Of a DNA stretch of 64,000 nucleotides, positions 27,813 through 37,270 are shown one piece after another. Origin of the DNA: Bdellovibrionales bacterium (GTDB lineage: Bacteria; Bdellovibrionota; Bdellovibrionia; Bdellovibrionales; UBA1609); NCBI GenBank assembly GCA_965203225.1, contig CBDBBW010000006.1:352040-416039 (forward strand), given 5' to 3'. Position numbers and translations under genes: made by a program. The notes beneath the pieces are model-generated. The model searched no databases. It saw nothing but the letters and a program-made list of their open reading frames with translations, and had not been told where the DNA came from. Numbering within the stretch: the stretch's first letter is position 1; every line of letters starts with the position of its first letter.

Positions 27813-27920
27813 CCTGTAAAACGCGGCCGTTAAAAAGGCTCATCCATAACTGAAGATTCAACAAAATACTCACTCTCTCAAAAACCTGTAAAACCCGGCC
27901 GTTAAAAAAGGCTCATCCAT
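27813..27920. repeat. direct repeat (~35 bp x2, 72-bp period) duplicating the actB 3' end
   Basis: cctgtaaaac(gc/cc)ggccgttaaaaa(a)ggctcatccat occurs at 27813-27847 and 27885-27920. The second copy includes the actB stop and its last codons. Confidence 0.85.
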
Positions 27921-30900
27921 GATGATGGTCTTCTCCATCGGCTGAGTCTGACTCCTTTTTGTTTCTCACTTTCACTTGATAGCGCACCGCTGGCTGAGTG
28001 TTTAACTCCTCCAATAAGGAATAACTGCTTTCCGCCTGAAACAGGCGATGCACCTCAGAATTTTTATCTTTCAGGTCGCCAAACACAATAGCTCCGGTCG
28101 GGCAGGATTGCTGACAGGCTGTTTGTATATCCCCATCTTTCAGATCTCGATTGTCCAGCTTGGCTTTAGCCTGTGCCGATCGAATACGATGCAGGCAAAA
28201 AGTGCATTTTTCCATCACTCCACGAGAGCGCACGGTCACATCCGGGTTCATAGCCATATTCAAAGGCTTTTCCACTTTTTTGGCATAGTTAAACCAATTA
28301 AACCGCCGCACCTTATAAGGGCAGTTATTGGCACAGTAACGGGTTCCTACGCAGCGATTATAGATCATATCATTGGTTCCTTCATCACTGTGAACTGTAG
28401 CCGCCACAGGGCAAACTGTTTCACAGGGAGCGTTATCACAATGCATACACACAACCGGCTGATGCAAAGTCTCAGGCTCTTCAGGTGAACCTTTATAGTA
28501 ACGATCAACGCGTATCCAGTGCATTTCCCTTCCCTGCAGGACAAGGTTTTTCCCCACAGTGGGAATATTGTTTTCAGACTGACAGGCCGTTATGCAGGCG
28601 GAACAGCCTGTACAGGAATTAAGATCAATCACCATTCCCCATTTATGTTTTGGATATTGATGAGAGGCCCACATACTGAAAACTTTATGACGATGAATAG
28701 CCCCTCCCGGATTCTTCAAATATTTTTTCAAAGTGGTTTCCACCACAATCTGACGCCCTTCCATGGAATGATGACCCTGTGTATTGGCCAAAAGAATTTT
28801 TTCCGAAGTGGCTTGTATGTCCACCGGCAAAGAGGAGGAAAGGATATGACCTTCATTGGATATGTCCGCCATAACCCAGGCATTGACTCCCACTTTGTCA
28901 GCCACTTTTCCCGCCCGCTCTCTGCCATAACCAAAAGCCAAAGCCAATACCCCATCCGCCTGACCGGGTTGAATATGCACCGGCGCTTTTAATCCTCTGC
29001 CGGACTTTCCAATAAGCCGCACCACCTGCCCTTCTTTTAAATTCCTCTTACGGGCGGTCACCGGGGAAACACATAAGTAGTTGTCCCAGCAAATTTTAGT
29101 GACAGGGTCGGGAAACTCCTGAAGCCAGGATACATTAGCCAAAGTGCCGTCCTTTAAACCGCTGGTGGGATAAAGCACCAATTCATAGTGTCCTGCTTTA
29201 CTCTGAGAGGAAATAAGGGATGACAAAGCCGAATATCGAAAACTTCTCGCAGGAGCTCTTTTATTTCTTTGAGTGGGATTTTTAACATGAACTCCGGTTT
29301 TGAGAAAATGATTCCATGAAAATCCGGCTCCTGCGCCGGATACAACATTTCTTTTTAAATATTCATACCACGATTTTTTTTTGGGCTTTATTTTGTTCGA
29401 TTCTCCCCCTTCAAGCAGATAAGCCCACTCAATCAAAGCAGACTCAAAAGCTCTACTGCGGTAAAGAGGGCGAATGGTGGGCTGTTGGATACTCAATACC
29501 CCTTTTTGAAATTCCCAATCCGACCATTTTTCCAGATCATGGTGATCCGGTAAAATATAGTGAGCCAGTCGGCCGGTTTCATCCTCCCGATCACCGGTGT
29601 AAACCACCAGTTCGGCCTTTTTCACGGCTTTTTCAAGCCGTTCTTTATCAGGATAAGTGTAAAGAGGGTTGGTTTTATGAATAATAAGAGTGTTTGTATT
29701 TCCTTTCTCCAGACTCTCAATGAGCTTTTCCATGTTTCTGTCAGACCATGTCCATGTACGATAAGGATGACGGTAATCCACTGTCCAGCCGTCATTTCCC
29801 AACAAATGATTCAACCACGCTACCGCCACTTGTAAACTTTTGGAATTGTTTGCACCATAACCTCCGGCCAACACCAAACTCTGCCCCCGGTTTTTCCACA
29901 GATCACTTATCAGCTGATCCCAACTCTCCTTAGCAATATGAAAATCCTTATAGGGAGCGGAAGGCACTGGTAAATGAGAAGGCCATTTTTTCTTTACAAA
30001 ACCTTTTTGAATCAAAGAGTATATCAAAGCAAATACCAAATCCAACTGTCGGGAGGGTTCGATTCTGACTCTCCAGTCCGCATTGGTTCCCGTCAGGGAA
30101 AGCAAAGATTCAAACACAATCAGGCGGTTCATATCTCTGTTCACCCGGCGTCCTTCACCGTACATACGGTTAAACTCCGTAGGGTAAAGGTAGGTGCCTA
30201 AAAAATCACAATTAACACTTATAATTAACCGGGCGCGGTCCAAAGCCCAGTGCGGAACCATCGCCGTTCCGTAACACAGTTGTTGCGCTGAACTCAGAGC
30301 GGAATGATTTAAAGGGTTCCATACAAAGTGTGAACAGGAATGTTTTTTGCAAAATCCCCTGAGCAGTTTTTCTGAAGAGGGGGAGGGCCATTCGCCTGTT
30401 AAAAAAGCCGTCCGGCCTTTTTGTAAATGACTGACTATTTCCTTGTCAGCTAAAGGATACTGAGCGCGAATAAACTCCCTGTTGCTTTTTTCTTTGTTAA
30501 ACAAATTCTTCTGCGGATCTTTTAATCTCTCAGGGTCATACAAGCTCAATAGATGAGAATGCGCCCGGGCGGACAGTTTACCTTGATTGACGGGATGATT
30601 TTTATTGCCTTCAATTTTAACAGGCCGCCCTTCACGCGTTTTAACGAGGACACCGAACCCCTCCTCCCCATCATAATAGGAGGAAGAATAAAAGTTAGCT
30701 GAACCAAGAGAAATATCATCCGGCCTTTTAACATAAGGAACAATTTTTTCCGTAGGGCGGCGTACACAGCCAAAGCCGGCCAAGGCCATAGAAGCCGCCA
30801 TTAATTGCAAAAACTCTCTTCTCTCCCACAGATCTTCCGCCTCTTTTTCCGTAGGAAGCTCCTGCATAAACTCCCGATCACTGCCGGCCAGTTTCTGAAA

Positions 30901-30969
30901 CTCCCTGTCCTGACCCCACTGCTCCAGACTTAACCAGTATTTTGTATTTGTGTCCCTGTTGTCTTTCAT
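27913..30969 (-). CDS. actB: alternative complex III subunit ActB (molybdopterin-oxidoreductase-like + 4Fe-4S domains)
   Basis: Tat-like RREFLQLMAASMALAG, a large MopB-like domain, and C-terminal ferredoxin Cys clusters (CTGCSACITAC, CMHCDNAPCETVCP, CVGTRYCANNCP). 1018 aa. Confidence 0.85.
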   Translation of the reverse strand: MKDNRDTNTKYWLSLEQWGQDREFQKLAGSDREFMQELPTEKEAEDLWERREFLQLMAASMALAGFGCVRRPTEKIVPYVKRPDDISLGSANFYSSSYYDGEEGFGVLVKTREGRPVKIEGNKNHPVNQGKLSARAHSHLLSLYDPERLKDPQKNLFNKEKSNREFIRAQYPLADKEIVSHLQKGRTAFLTGEWPSPSSEKLLRGFCKKHSCSHFVWNPLNHSALSSAQQLCYGTAMVPHWALDRARLIISVNCDFLGTYLYPTEFNRMYGEGRRVNRDMNRLIVFESLLSLTGTNADWRVRIEPSRQLDLVFALIYSLIQKGFVKKKWPSHLPVPSAPYKDFHIAKESWDQLISDLWKNRGQSLVLAGGYGANNSKSLQVAVAWLNHLLGNDGWTVDYRHPYRTWTWSDRNMEKLIESLEKGNTNTLIIHKTNPLYTYPDKERLEKAVKKAELVVYTGDREDETGRLAHYILPDHHDLEKWSDWEFQKGVLSIQQPTIRPLYRSRAFESALIEWAYLLEGGESNKIKPKKKSWYEYLKRNVVSGAGAGFSWNHFLKTGVHVKNPTQRNKRAPARSFRYSALSSLISSQSKAGHYELVLYPTSGLKDGTLANVSWLQEFPDPVTKICWDNYLCVSPVTARKRNLKEGQVVRLIGKSGRGLKAPVHIQPGQADGVLALAFGYGRERAGKVADKVGVNAWVMADISNEGHILSSSLPVDIQATSEKILLANTQGHHSMEGRQIVVETTLKKYLKNPGGAIHRHKVFSMWASHQYPKHKWGMVIDLNSCTGCSACITACQSENNIPTVGKNLVLQGREMHWIRVDRYYKGSPEEPETLHQPVVCMHCDNAPCETVCPVAATVHSDEGTNDMIYNRCVGTRYCANNCPYKVRRFNWFNYAKKVEKPLNMAMNPDVTVRSRGVMEKCTFCLHRIRSAQAKAKLDNRDLKDGDIQTACQQSCPTGAIVFGDLKDKNSEVHRLFQAESSYSLLEELNTQPAVRYQVKVRNKKESDSADGEDHHHG

Positions 30970-30995
30970 TTCAATATCTTCTCCATAAAAATAAT

Positions 30996-31103
30996 CCGTA
31001 AAAAGGAATTAAACCGAAGATCGTTTTCTACCCAATACAACACTTTATACCAACTCTTTTAAAAAAGCCGTAAAAAGAAATTAAACCGAAGATCGTTTTC
31101 TAC
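30996..31103. repeat. direct repeat (36 bp x2, 72-bp period) in the actA-actB spacer
   Basis: ccgtaaaaag(g/a)aattaaaccgaagatcgttttctac occurs at 30996-31031 and 31068-31103. Confidence 0.85.
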
Positions 31104-31139
31104 TTTATAAGTAGTTGAATTTTTACGGTTGTTCCAGCT

Positions 31140-31235
31140 TGTCTCCCGCTCCAATAATTTGTCTCCTGTTCCAGTATATTTGCCTCCCGCTCCAATAATT
31201 TATCTCCTATTCCAATATATTTGCTCCCGTTCCAC
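31140..31235. repeat. ~41-bp tandem repeat (~2.3 copies) in the actA-actB spacer
   Basis: (t)g(t/c)ctcccgctccaataattt(g/a)tctcct(g/a)ttcca(g/a)tatattt is repeated head-to-tail. Confidence 0.8.
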
Positions 31236-31298
31236 TACAGCTCTGAAGACTCAACCCGCATTATTATAAACTTCTATCTTTTCGCAATTTTTCAAAAA

Positions 31299-31898
31299 TC
31301 AATAGTGGCAAGTACTGCAATTCACCGGCGCCTGATGTTCTTCCTTTCTGTGGCACTGTACACACCAGCCCATTGATAAAGACTCATGTTGATACATAAT
31401 TTTCATATTTTCAACTTTTCCGTGGCAAGTGACACAAGTGTTTCGTATCTTCTCACCGGAAGGGGGAAGAGATTGAGCTGTAGCACTGCCGGATAAAGCT
31501 TTAATATGAAGAGAGTGATTAAATTTTACAAAATCAGGCAGTAGATGCACTTTTTCCCAGACAATAGGCTTATTATTTTCGTAAGCTGTCCTCATCTGTT
31601 GAATCCAGGGGCTGTCCGGCTTCACTGTTAAGTGACAATTCATACAAATATCCAGGCTGGGCACCCCGGCATGGCGACCCTCCTCCACGACAGTATGACA
31701 ATACCGACAGTCCATCTCGTACTCGCCCACATGGATGGCGTGAGAAAAAGGAATAGGCTGATCCGGTTGATAATTGTTGTTATAAGCCAATCGAATTTTA
31801 TTATTTGAAATTAAAAAAATAAACAATGAAAAAATTAACAAAACAAATAAGAATACCAAAGCTGGTATTGTTTTTCGTCCACTTAATTTATGATCCAT
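31299..31898 (-). CDS. actA: alternative complex III pentahaem cytochrome c subunit ActA
   Basis: Five CxxCH motifs (CRYCH, CMNCH, CVTCH, CVQCH, CSTCH), an N-terminal TM anchor, 199 aa. Confidence 0.85.
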   Translation of the reverse strand: MDHKLSGRKTIPALVFLFVLLIFSLFIFLISNNKIRLAYNNNYQPDQPIPFSHAIHVGEYEMDCRYCHTVVEEGRHAGVPSLDICMNCHLTVKPDSPWIQQMRTAYENNKPIVWEKVHLLPDFVKFNHSLHIKALSGSATAQSLPPSGEKIRNTCVTCHGKVENMKIMYQHESLSMGWCVQCHRKEEHQAPVNCSTCHY

Positions 31899-31905
31899 TG
31901 ATTGT

Positions 31906-32007
31906 CCTTAATTCATATTATTCTGCGTCGCCTGTCAAAATAGAAGCTTCTTTAAGCTTTCTTCTTTCCTTTAATTCATGTTATTTCGTGTCGCCTGTCA
32001 AAATGAA
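31906..32007. repeat. duplicated ~40-bp motif upstream of actA (62-bp period)
   Basis: cct(t)taattcat(a/g)ttatt(ctgc/tcgt)gtcgcctgtcaaaat(a/g)gaa occurs at 31906-31945 and 31968-32007. On the act-coding strand each copy contains TTGACA. Confidence 0.8.
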
Positions 32008-32786
32008 TTTTCGGCACACACCTGCCAACTATCTCTGCCCGATTTCATTCACCTACTCTGAGTTTTCCATTCTCAGACCCGGTTTACGCCCGAAACACAA
32101 CCTGAATATAAAGAGAACAAAGCCGAAAGTGTTAAAATATGGTTTTTTTCAATATTTCACAATCCTGCGAAAATATAAAGCACTTTTTATAATACCGTGA
32201 CGCTTGACTCTTTATACCAATAAACACGACTATTTGCTCAGAAACAGCCCGTTCATCCCACTGCTTGAACATCACACTTTTTAAAATCCACCACTTTTAG
32301 CATTTAAGAAAATATCGTCTTATTTCAAGTCCTTGCATACCCTAAACATTTAGGCAGTCAGCATTTCACTGTGTTTATTTCCAAGTATTTCCCGGTACTT
32401 CAATGTCCTTTGGCTGTATGGATTCGGGCTGGTTGAGAGTGTCTCTGGCAAGTAAAAAAATATTCACAATGTACTGTTATAGTGAAAAATATTCCTTGTT
32501 AAATTGATTATTACGCTTTCTCTATCTTGAAAACCATTCTCAAGAGGATTGTACTATCAAATAAATTAACAATTTTTTGACCATAAATATTTAATAAATG
32601 TAAAAATAAAGCGCAAAATTAGCATTTTATCGCTTAGCAACATAAGGGCTAAAAAGTTCATGAGCCAAACAGCCATCACAATTTTCATAAAATGATGCCT
32701 AATACACTGCCGCTTTTCGGGACCGATCCAGAGTATCAAAAACCGATGTTCTGCAATTTTTAAACGATAAATTAAAAAAGAAAATT

Positions 32787-35408
32787 TTAAATCTTACCAG
32801 CATGATTGTTCACTAAATCACTTAAAAAAGGGGCTGTCATACTTTTGGAAGAACAGGCCACCTGTTCCGGCGTGCCTTTCGCCACTACTTTTCCACCGTG
32901 TTTTCCCCCGCCAGGGCCTAAATCAATCAGGTAATCACAGGATTTTATCACATCCATCTGGTGTTCTATCACAATGACCGTACTGCCTTTGTCTGTTAAT
33001 TTTTTCAGCACAAAAATCAACTGCTCAATATCCTTAAAATGAAGGCCGGTGGTAGGTTCATCTAAAATATACAGAGTTTGATCAATATTTTTTTTCGCCA
33101 ATTCTCTTGTGAGTTTGATCCTTTGCGCCTCCCCTCCCGACAAAGTCATTGAATTTTGACCTAAAGTCAAATATCCCAGACCCACCTGCTCCAATAATTG
33201 CAGTTGACGGCAGATCAGGAAATGATGGGTGAAAAACCGCCGGGCTGTGGAAACATTCATATTTAAAATATTATCTATATTTTTACCTTTATACAAAATC
33301 TCCAAAATTTCGTCTGAATACCGGCGTCCCTGACAAATATCACAAGGCAGTACGGCGGAGGGTAAAAAAAGCATTTCCTGCTTTATTTGCCCTGTACCGG
33401 AACAACATTCACAACGTCCTCCTTTAATATTAAAACTAAAATCACCTGGAGTGTATCCACGAATACGGGCAGAGGGAAGCTGAGCCATTAAAGAACGGAT
33501 AAAAGACATTATGCCCACATAAGTAGCCGGCACGGAGCGAGGTGTTCTACCAATAGGCTTTTGATTCACAGCCACGACCCGATCCAAAAATTCCACACCG
33601 TTTATTTCCGTATATGCGCAAGGTTCAGTGAAAGAATACCGACTGAGCTGGCGCAGGAGGGCTTTGTAAAGAGTGTCCATAATCAAAGTGCTTTTTCCGC
33701 TCCCTGAAACCCCAGTAACACCCACTAAACAGGATAACGGTATTTTGACATTCACTTTTTGTAAATTGTTTCCGCTGGCTCCTCTTATCTCCAACATTTT
33801 GCCATTGCTGGTTTTTCTTTTATCCGGCAGAGGAATCTTTTTTGTGCCAGACAAGTAATGACCCGTAATGGACTTGGAGGATTGCATAATGTCCTTCACC
33901 GACCCTTCCGCGACAATACGCCCTCCCTGCTTTCCAGCCAAAGGCCCTAAATCAATAATGTGCTCAGCGGAACGAATGGTTTTCTCATCATGCTCCACCA
34001 TCAAAATAGTATTTCCCCCATCTCTTATATGAAACAAAATGTTCAGCAGACGTTCATGGTCCCGAGGATGCAATCCGATACTGGGTTCATCCAACACATA
34101 CAACACCCCTATCAAAGGAGAGGAAATCTGAGACATCAATCGGATTCGCTGCGCCTCCCCTCCCGACAAAGTACGAATGGGCCGACTCAAACTCAGATAC
34201 CCTAAACCGATTTTTTTCATAAAACTCAGATCATAATTAATTTTTTCCAGAATTTTATCCGCCACAATTTTATACCGGGAGGGAAACTTCAAACCGGTAC
34301 AAAACCTACTCAGTTGTTCCATACTAAAAGAGGACAACTCCGAAATATTTTTATCTTTGATTTTCACACTTAAAGCAGAAGGCTGAAGGCGTGTTCCTTT
34401 ACAACCGGGACAGACCTGCGCGGGAATACTCCCGTCCTCTGAAATATCATCTCCCTTATCTGTTGTATCGGCCGTCTCCGCTCGGTTCTCCCCATCCACC
34501 CAATCTTCCGCTGGCGCCTCCCATTCCTCCCGCAAATATCCCAGGCCGTTGCACCGTGGACAAGCCCCTTTGGGATTGTTAAAACTGAAAAGCTTAGGAT
34601 CTAATTCGGGAAAACCCGTTAAACAGACAGGGCAGTTGGCGTGAATAGAGTACTGCTTTGCCTGTTCTGTTGAATCCATAAGTTCAATTTTAATTTGCCC
34701 CTCTGTTAGATCCACCGCTTTTTGCAGACTCTCTTTTAACCGGGTTATAAACCGAGGCTCCGCAACCAGGCGATCAATCAGCAAATCAATAAAGTGGTCT
34801 TTTCTTTTGGCCAGCTTTTTAGCTGAGGAAAGCTCAATCCACTTTCCATTCACTCGCGCACGGGTGTAGCCGGCAGATAAAAACTGTTCAAACTCCCTTA
34901 AAAACTCACCTTTTTTTCCGCGCGCCACAGGGGCCAGCACGAAAAACCGCTTCCCTTTGGGAAGAGTCATTATCTCTTTCGCGATATGGCTGATAGAGCT
35001 TTTTTCCAAAGGTTTTTGATGTTCCACACAGTAAGGGGTGCCCAGCTTGGCGAACAGTAATCGCAGATAATCGTAAATCTCCGTCACCGTTCCCACAGTG
35101 GAGCGCGGACTGGTGTTGATGGACCTTTGGTCAATAGCCACCGCGGGGGACAGCCCCGTGATGGCATCTATATCCGGCTTCTTCATCTGAGAAATAAAGA
35201 AACGAGCATAAGAGGACAGACTTTCCACATATCGGCGCTGTCCTTCCGCATAAACAGTATCAAACACCAATGAGGATTTTCCGCTTCCACTGAGTCCCGT
35301 CACAATGGTTATTTTGTTTCGAGGAACAAAAGTATTGATAGATTGAAGATTATGTTCCCTGGCACCGTAAATATAAATGCCTTCTTCCGTTTTTTTTCTT
35401 TTACGCAT
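32787..35408 (-). CDS. uvrA: excinuclease ABC subunit A (short form lacking the insertion domain)
   Basis: Two ABC ATPase modules (GLSGSGKSS; GVSGSGKST; LSGGEAQR x2) and zinc modules. The likely start is MRKRKK at 35408 rather than 35468. Confidence 0.9.
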   Translation of the reverse strand: MRKRKKTEEGIYIYGAREHNLQSINTFVPRNKITIVTGLSGSGKSSLVFDTVYAEGQRRYVESLSSYARFFISQMKKPDIDAITGLSPAVAIDQRSINTSPRSTVGTVTEIYDYLRLLFAKLGTPYCVEHQKPLEKSSISHIAKEIMTLPKGKRFFVLAPVARGKKGEFLREFEQFLSAGYTRARVNGKWIELSSAKKLAKRKDHFIDLLIDRLVAEPRFITRLKESLQKAVDLTEGQIKIELMDSTEQAKQYSIHANCPVCLTGFPELDPKLFSFNNPKGACPRCNGLGYLREEWEAPAEDWVDGENRAETADTTDKGDDISEDGSIPAQVCPGCKGTRLQPSALSVKIKDKNISELSSFSMEQLSRFCTGLKFPSRYKIVADKILEKINYDLSFMKKIGLGYLSLSRPIRTLSGGEAQRIRLMSQISSPLIGVLYVLDEPSIGLHPRDHERLLNILFHIRDGGNTILMVEHDEKTIRSAEHIIDLGPLAGKQGGRIVAEGSVKDIMQSSKSITGHYLSGTKKIPLPDKRKTSNGKMLEIRGASGNNLQKVNVKIPLSCLVGVTGVSGSGKSTLIMDTLYKALLRQLSRYSFTEPCAYTEINGVEFLDRVVAVNQKPIGRTPRSVPATYVGIMSFIRSLMAQLPSARIRGYTPGDFSFNIKGGRCECCSGTGQIKQEMLFLPSAVLPCDICQGRRYSDEILEILYKGKNIDNILNMNVSTARRFFTHHFLICRQLQLLEQVGLGYLTLGQNSMTLSGGEAQRIKLTRELAKKNIDQTLYILDEPTTGLHFKDIEQLIFVLKKLTDKGSTVIVIEHQMDVIKSCDYLIDLGPGGGKHGGKVVAKGTPEQVACSSKSMTAPFLSDLVNNHAGKI

Positions 35409-35505
35409 TAGGAGAGTTTTCCTTTTTGCCTTATTCTTAGAGATGTGCAGACGAAACGGGGTACACAAACAGTCACGAACCAGTCACGAATAAAAAACTC
35501 TTTAT

Positions 35506-36438
35506 TCAAGCGGAAAAGCCACCTGAAACTCCCTTTGTAACATGACAAGCCACTTCAAAAGGATGTAAACTTTCAAAATGTTTTACATGAATATGGAAAT
35601 CCTCAATCCAGGTTTTTGTATTTAACAAGTTTTTAATTCTCCGCCCCACATCCTCAGAAAACATTAAGTTTTCACTATTGAGTTTGGCAAACTCCTGCTC
35701 ATCCGCTTTTTTTACCGCCGTTTGAACAGGCGTCCCCAACACCACCTCCACTTCGTCAACGAGATCAATTAATTTTTGTTTTTCCTCTTTTACTTTTAAT
35801 TTTATATCGGCAAGGCTTTTTTGCGCGTGCGGAGTGGCGGAAATAGACTCTTCCTTTCCCAGCCAATGAAACATTTTTTCTTTATCCAATGAGACAGAGG
35901 ATAAATCTTCTTGAAACTTTTTTTGAATAAGTGCACGAGCCAGGCTGGCGGAACAGGGGCAAGTGGAACTATAAGTGATTTGCACACCCATTATCAACTC
36001 TATGTCACCGTTTTTCAAAAAACGACTTTCGTAAAATACAGGATAGTAACGCCATCCTTCCAAAAGATCACTTTTAAGCGCCTTTCTTTTTATCGGCCAC
36101 TTCCAATCAAACCGAAGATAGGCTCTGTTGGAAATGCCATTTTGTGATTTCACTAAATGATTTAAAAGTTCTTTTATTGTGTTTAAGGTCAGTATTCGAT
36201 TTCCCAGAAAATCATGTAAAGTTAAATAAATACGAGACATGTGAATCCCGCGCATATTTTCATCGTCCAAAGATACCATTGCCGTTACATTGGAATGAAG
36301 TTGAAGAATTTCAGAATGATGCCGAACCCGTATAGGTATCTCCAAATCTTCAATTCCCACTCGGTCAATAACTCCACCCACAAAAGGCTTTTGTTTTGAC
36401 ACATCCTCTTCAATTCGCTCCACATTCAATTTATCCAT
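35506..36438 (-). CDS. folE2: GTP cyclohydrolase FolE2/MptA family (type IB)
   Basis: ~310 aa, with ..VGIEDLEIPIRV.. near the N-terminus and the SSTCPCS motif characteristic of the FolE2 family as I recall it. Confidence 0.55.
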   Translation of the reverse strand: MDKLNVERIEEDVSKQKPFVGGVIDRVGIEDLEIPIRVRHHSEILQLHSNVTAMVSLDDENMRGIHMSRIYLTLHDFLGNRILTLNTIKELLNHLVKSQNGISNRAYLRFDWKWPIKRKALKSDLLEGWRYYPVFYESRFLKNGDIELIMGVQITYSSTCPCSASLARALIQKKFQEDLSSVSLDKEKMFHWLGKEESISATPHAQKSLADIKLKVKEEKQKLIDLVDEVEVVLGTPVQTAVKKADEQEFAKLNSENLMFSEDVGRRIKNLLNTKTWIEDFHIHVKHFESLHPFEVACHVTKGVSGGFSA

Positions 36439-36686
36439 AACCCTGTATGCCTCGTGTTTTTATATTGCTCTTTTTTTAATTTTTTTTCACTCGCCGATTT
36501 TTTCACATACCAAGATAGCCCCATACCCGGCGCTTTTCATAAGTAAGCTGATTTCATATTTAAGCTTTTTTCTCCGGGCTTTTCCTAAAATGAAGCTTTT
36601 TCATAGCTTCAGAACTTATGGCTTACTGCACAATGTGATTTGAAACCATAAAGCGGTACACTACTTACAAAATCAACTTTCTGTCA

Positions 36687-36799
36687 ATTTATTTTAATCC
36701 GCGACGGGGGCTTAATTTTTTCAGAAGATTTGAAATTCACTTCCTCACTCTATAAGCCGGCACAGTTAACTTCTATCTTATACGCTTTTACAATTATTT
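36687..36799. repeat. 105-bp repeat unit (solo copy plus start of the next unit), separated from the main array by the inserted element
   Basis: aatt(t)attttaatccgcgacgggggcttaattttttcagaagatttgaaattcacttcctcactctataagccggcaca..taacttctatcttatac.cttttac. Same unit as 37271-37690. Confidence 0.9.
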
Positions 36800-36860
36800 C
36801 ATAGTGGCTAAATTAATGTGTGCTATTTATCCAGAATCCGAACTCGTCTTTTTGAGGATT

Positions 36861-36992
36861 TTACCTTTTCTTCATAAAGGGCTTGGTATTCTTCCATTCT
36901 ATTGAATTATCAGGAATAAAAGGAAGCCAGTCTTTACAATCTCCAAAAACAAGATTGTTTTCATTCAGGTCAATTTTCAGTTTATATTTCAT
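36861..36992 (-). pseudogene. 43-codon ORF resembling the N-terminus of an N6/N4 DNA methyltransferase (truncated)
   Basis: MKYKLKIDLNENNLVFGDCKDWLPFIPDNSIE.. resembles the ..GDC...L..IPDNS(I/V)D leader that precedes DPPY in many beta-class methylases. It stops before any catalytic motif. Confidence 0.3.
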
Positions 36993-37024
36993 ACCGGGCG
37001 AATCGGTATTCTCTCCAGTCTATC

Positions 37025-37180
37025 TTAAGAGGCTCTCTTCACATTGTGATAATCAGCATAAAGGTCAAGGTGGTTTTGAAGCTGGTCCAGCCTCTTGGTG
37101 GTTGATAAAGTTTTCCTTCCAAGACGATTTAAGTCTTGTCTCATCCGCCGGAAAACTCTATCAATTTTTTTATGTTCTAT
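37025..37180 (-). pseudogene. C-terminal fragment of an IS1-family transposase
   Basis: The minus-strand translation ..IEHKKIDRVFRRMRQDLNRLGRKTLSTTKRLDQLQNHLDLYADYHNVKRAS* parallels the IS1 InsB tail ([44 protein letters not shown]). There is no DDE region upstream. Confidence 0.6.
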
Positions 37181-37270
37181 TGATCGGCGGGCAACACTTA
37201 AAACTTTAATTTTTATTAGTGATTTTAAATAGTTATTTCAATTCAAGCACACATTAACTTAGCCACTATG

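Larger units (their letters stand above)
36800..37270 (-). mobile_element. 471-bp non-autonomous IS1-family relic (MITE-like) with TIRs and target-site duplication
   Basis: The 24-bp terminal inverted repeats catagtggctaaattaatgtgtgc (36800-36823) and gcacacattaacttagccactatg (37247-37270) match at 23/24. They are flanked by the 8-bp direct repeat aattattt (36792-36799 and 37271-37278). Removing the element plus one TSD restores an intact 105-bp unit junction. Confidence 0.8.

Noticed and set aside
36883-37209. 108-aa plus-strand ORF inside the IS relic
   Set aside because: The opposite strand carries the recognisable transposase-tail and methylase-like fragments. The plus-strand ORF has no recognisable features and is probably a shadow ORF.
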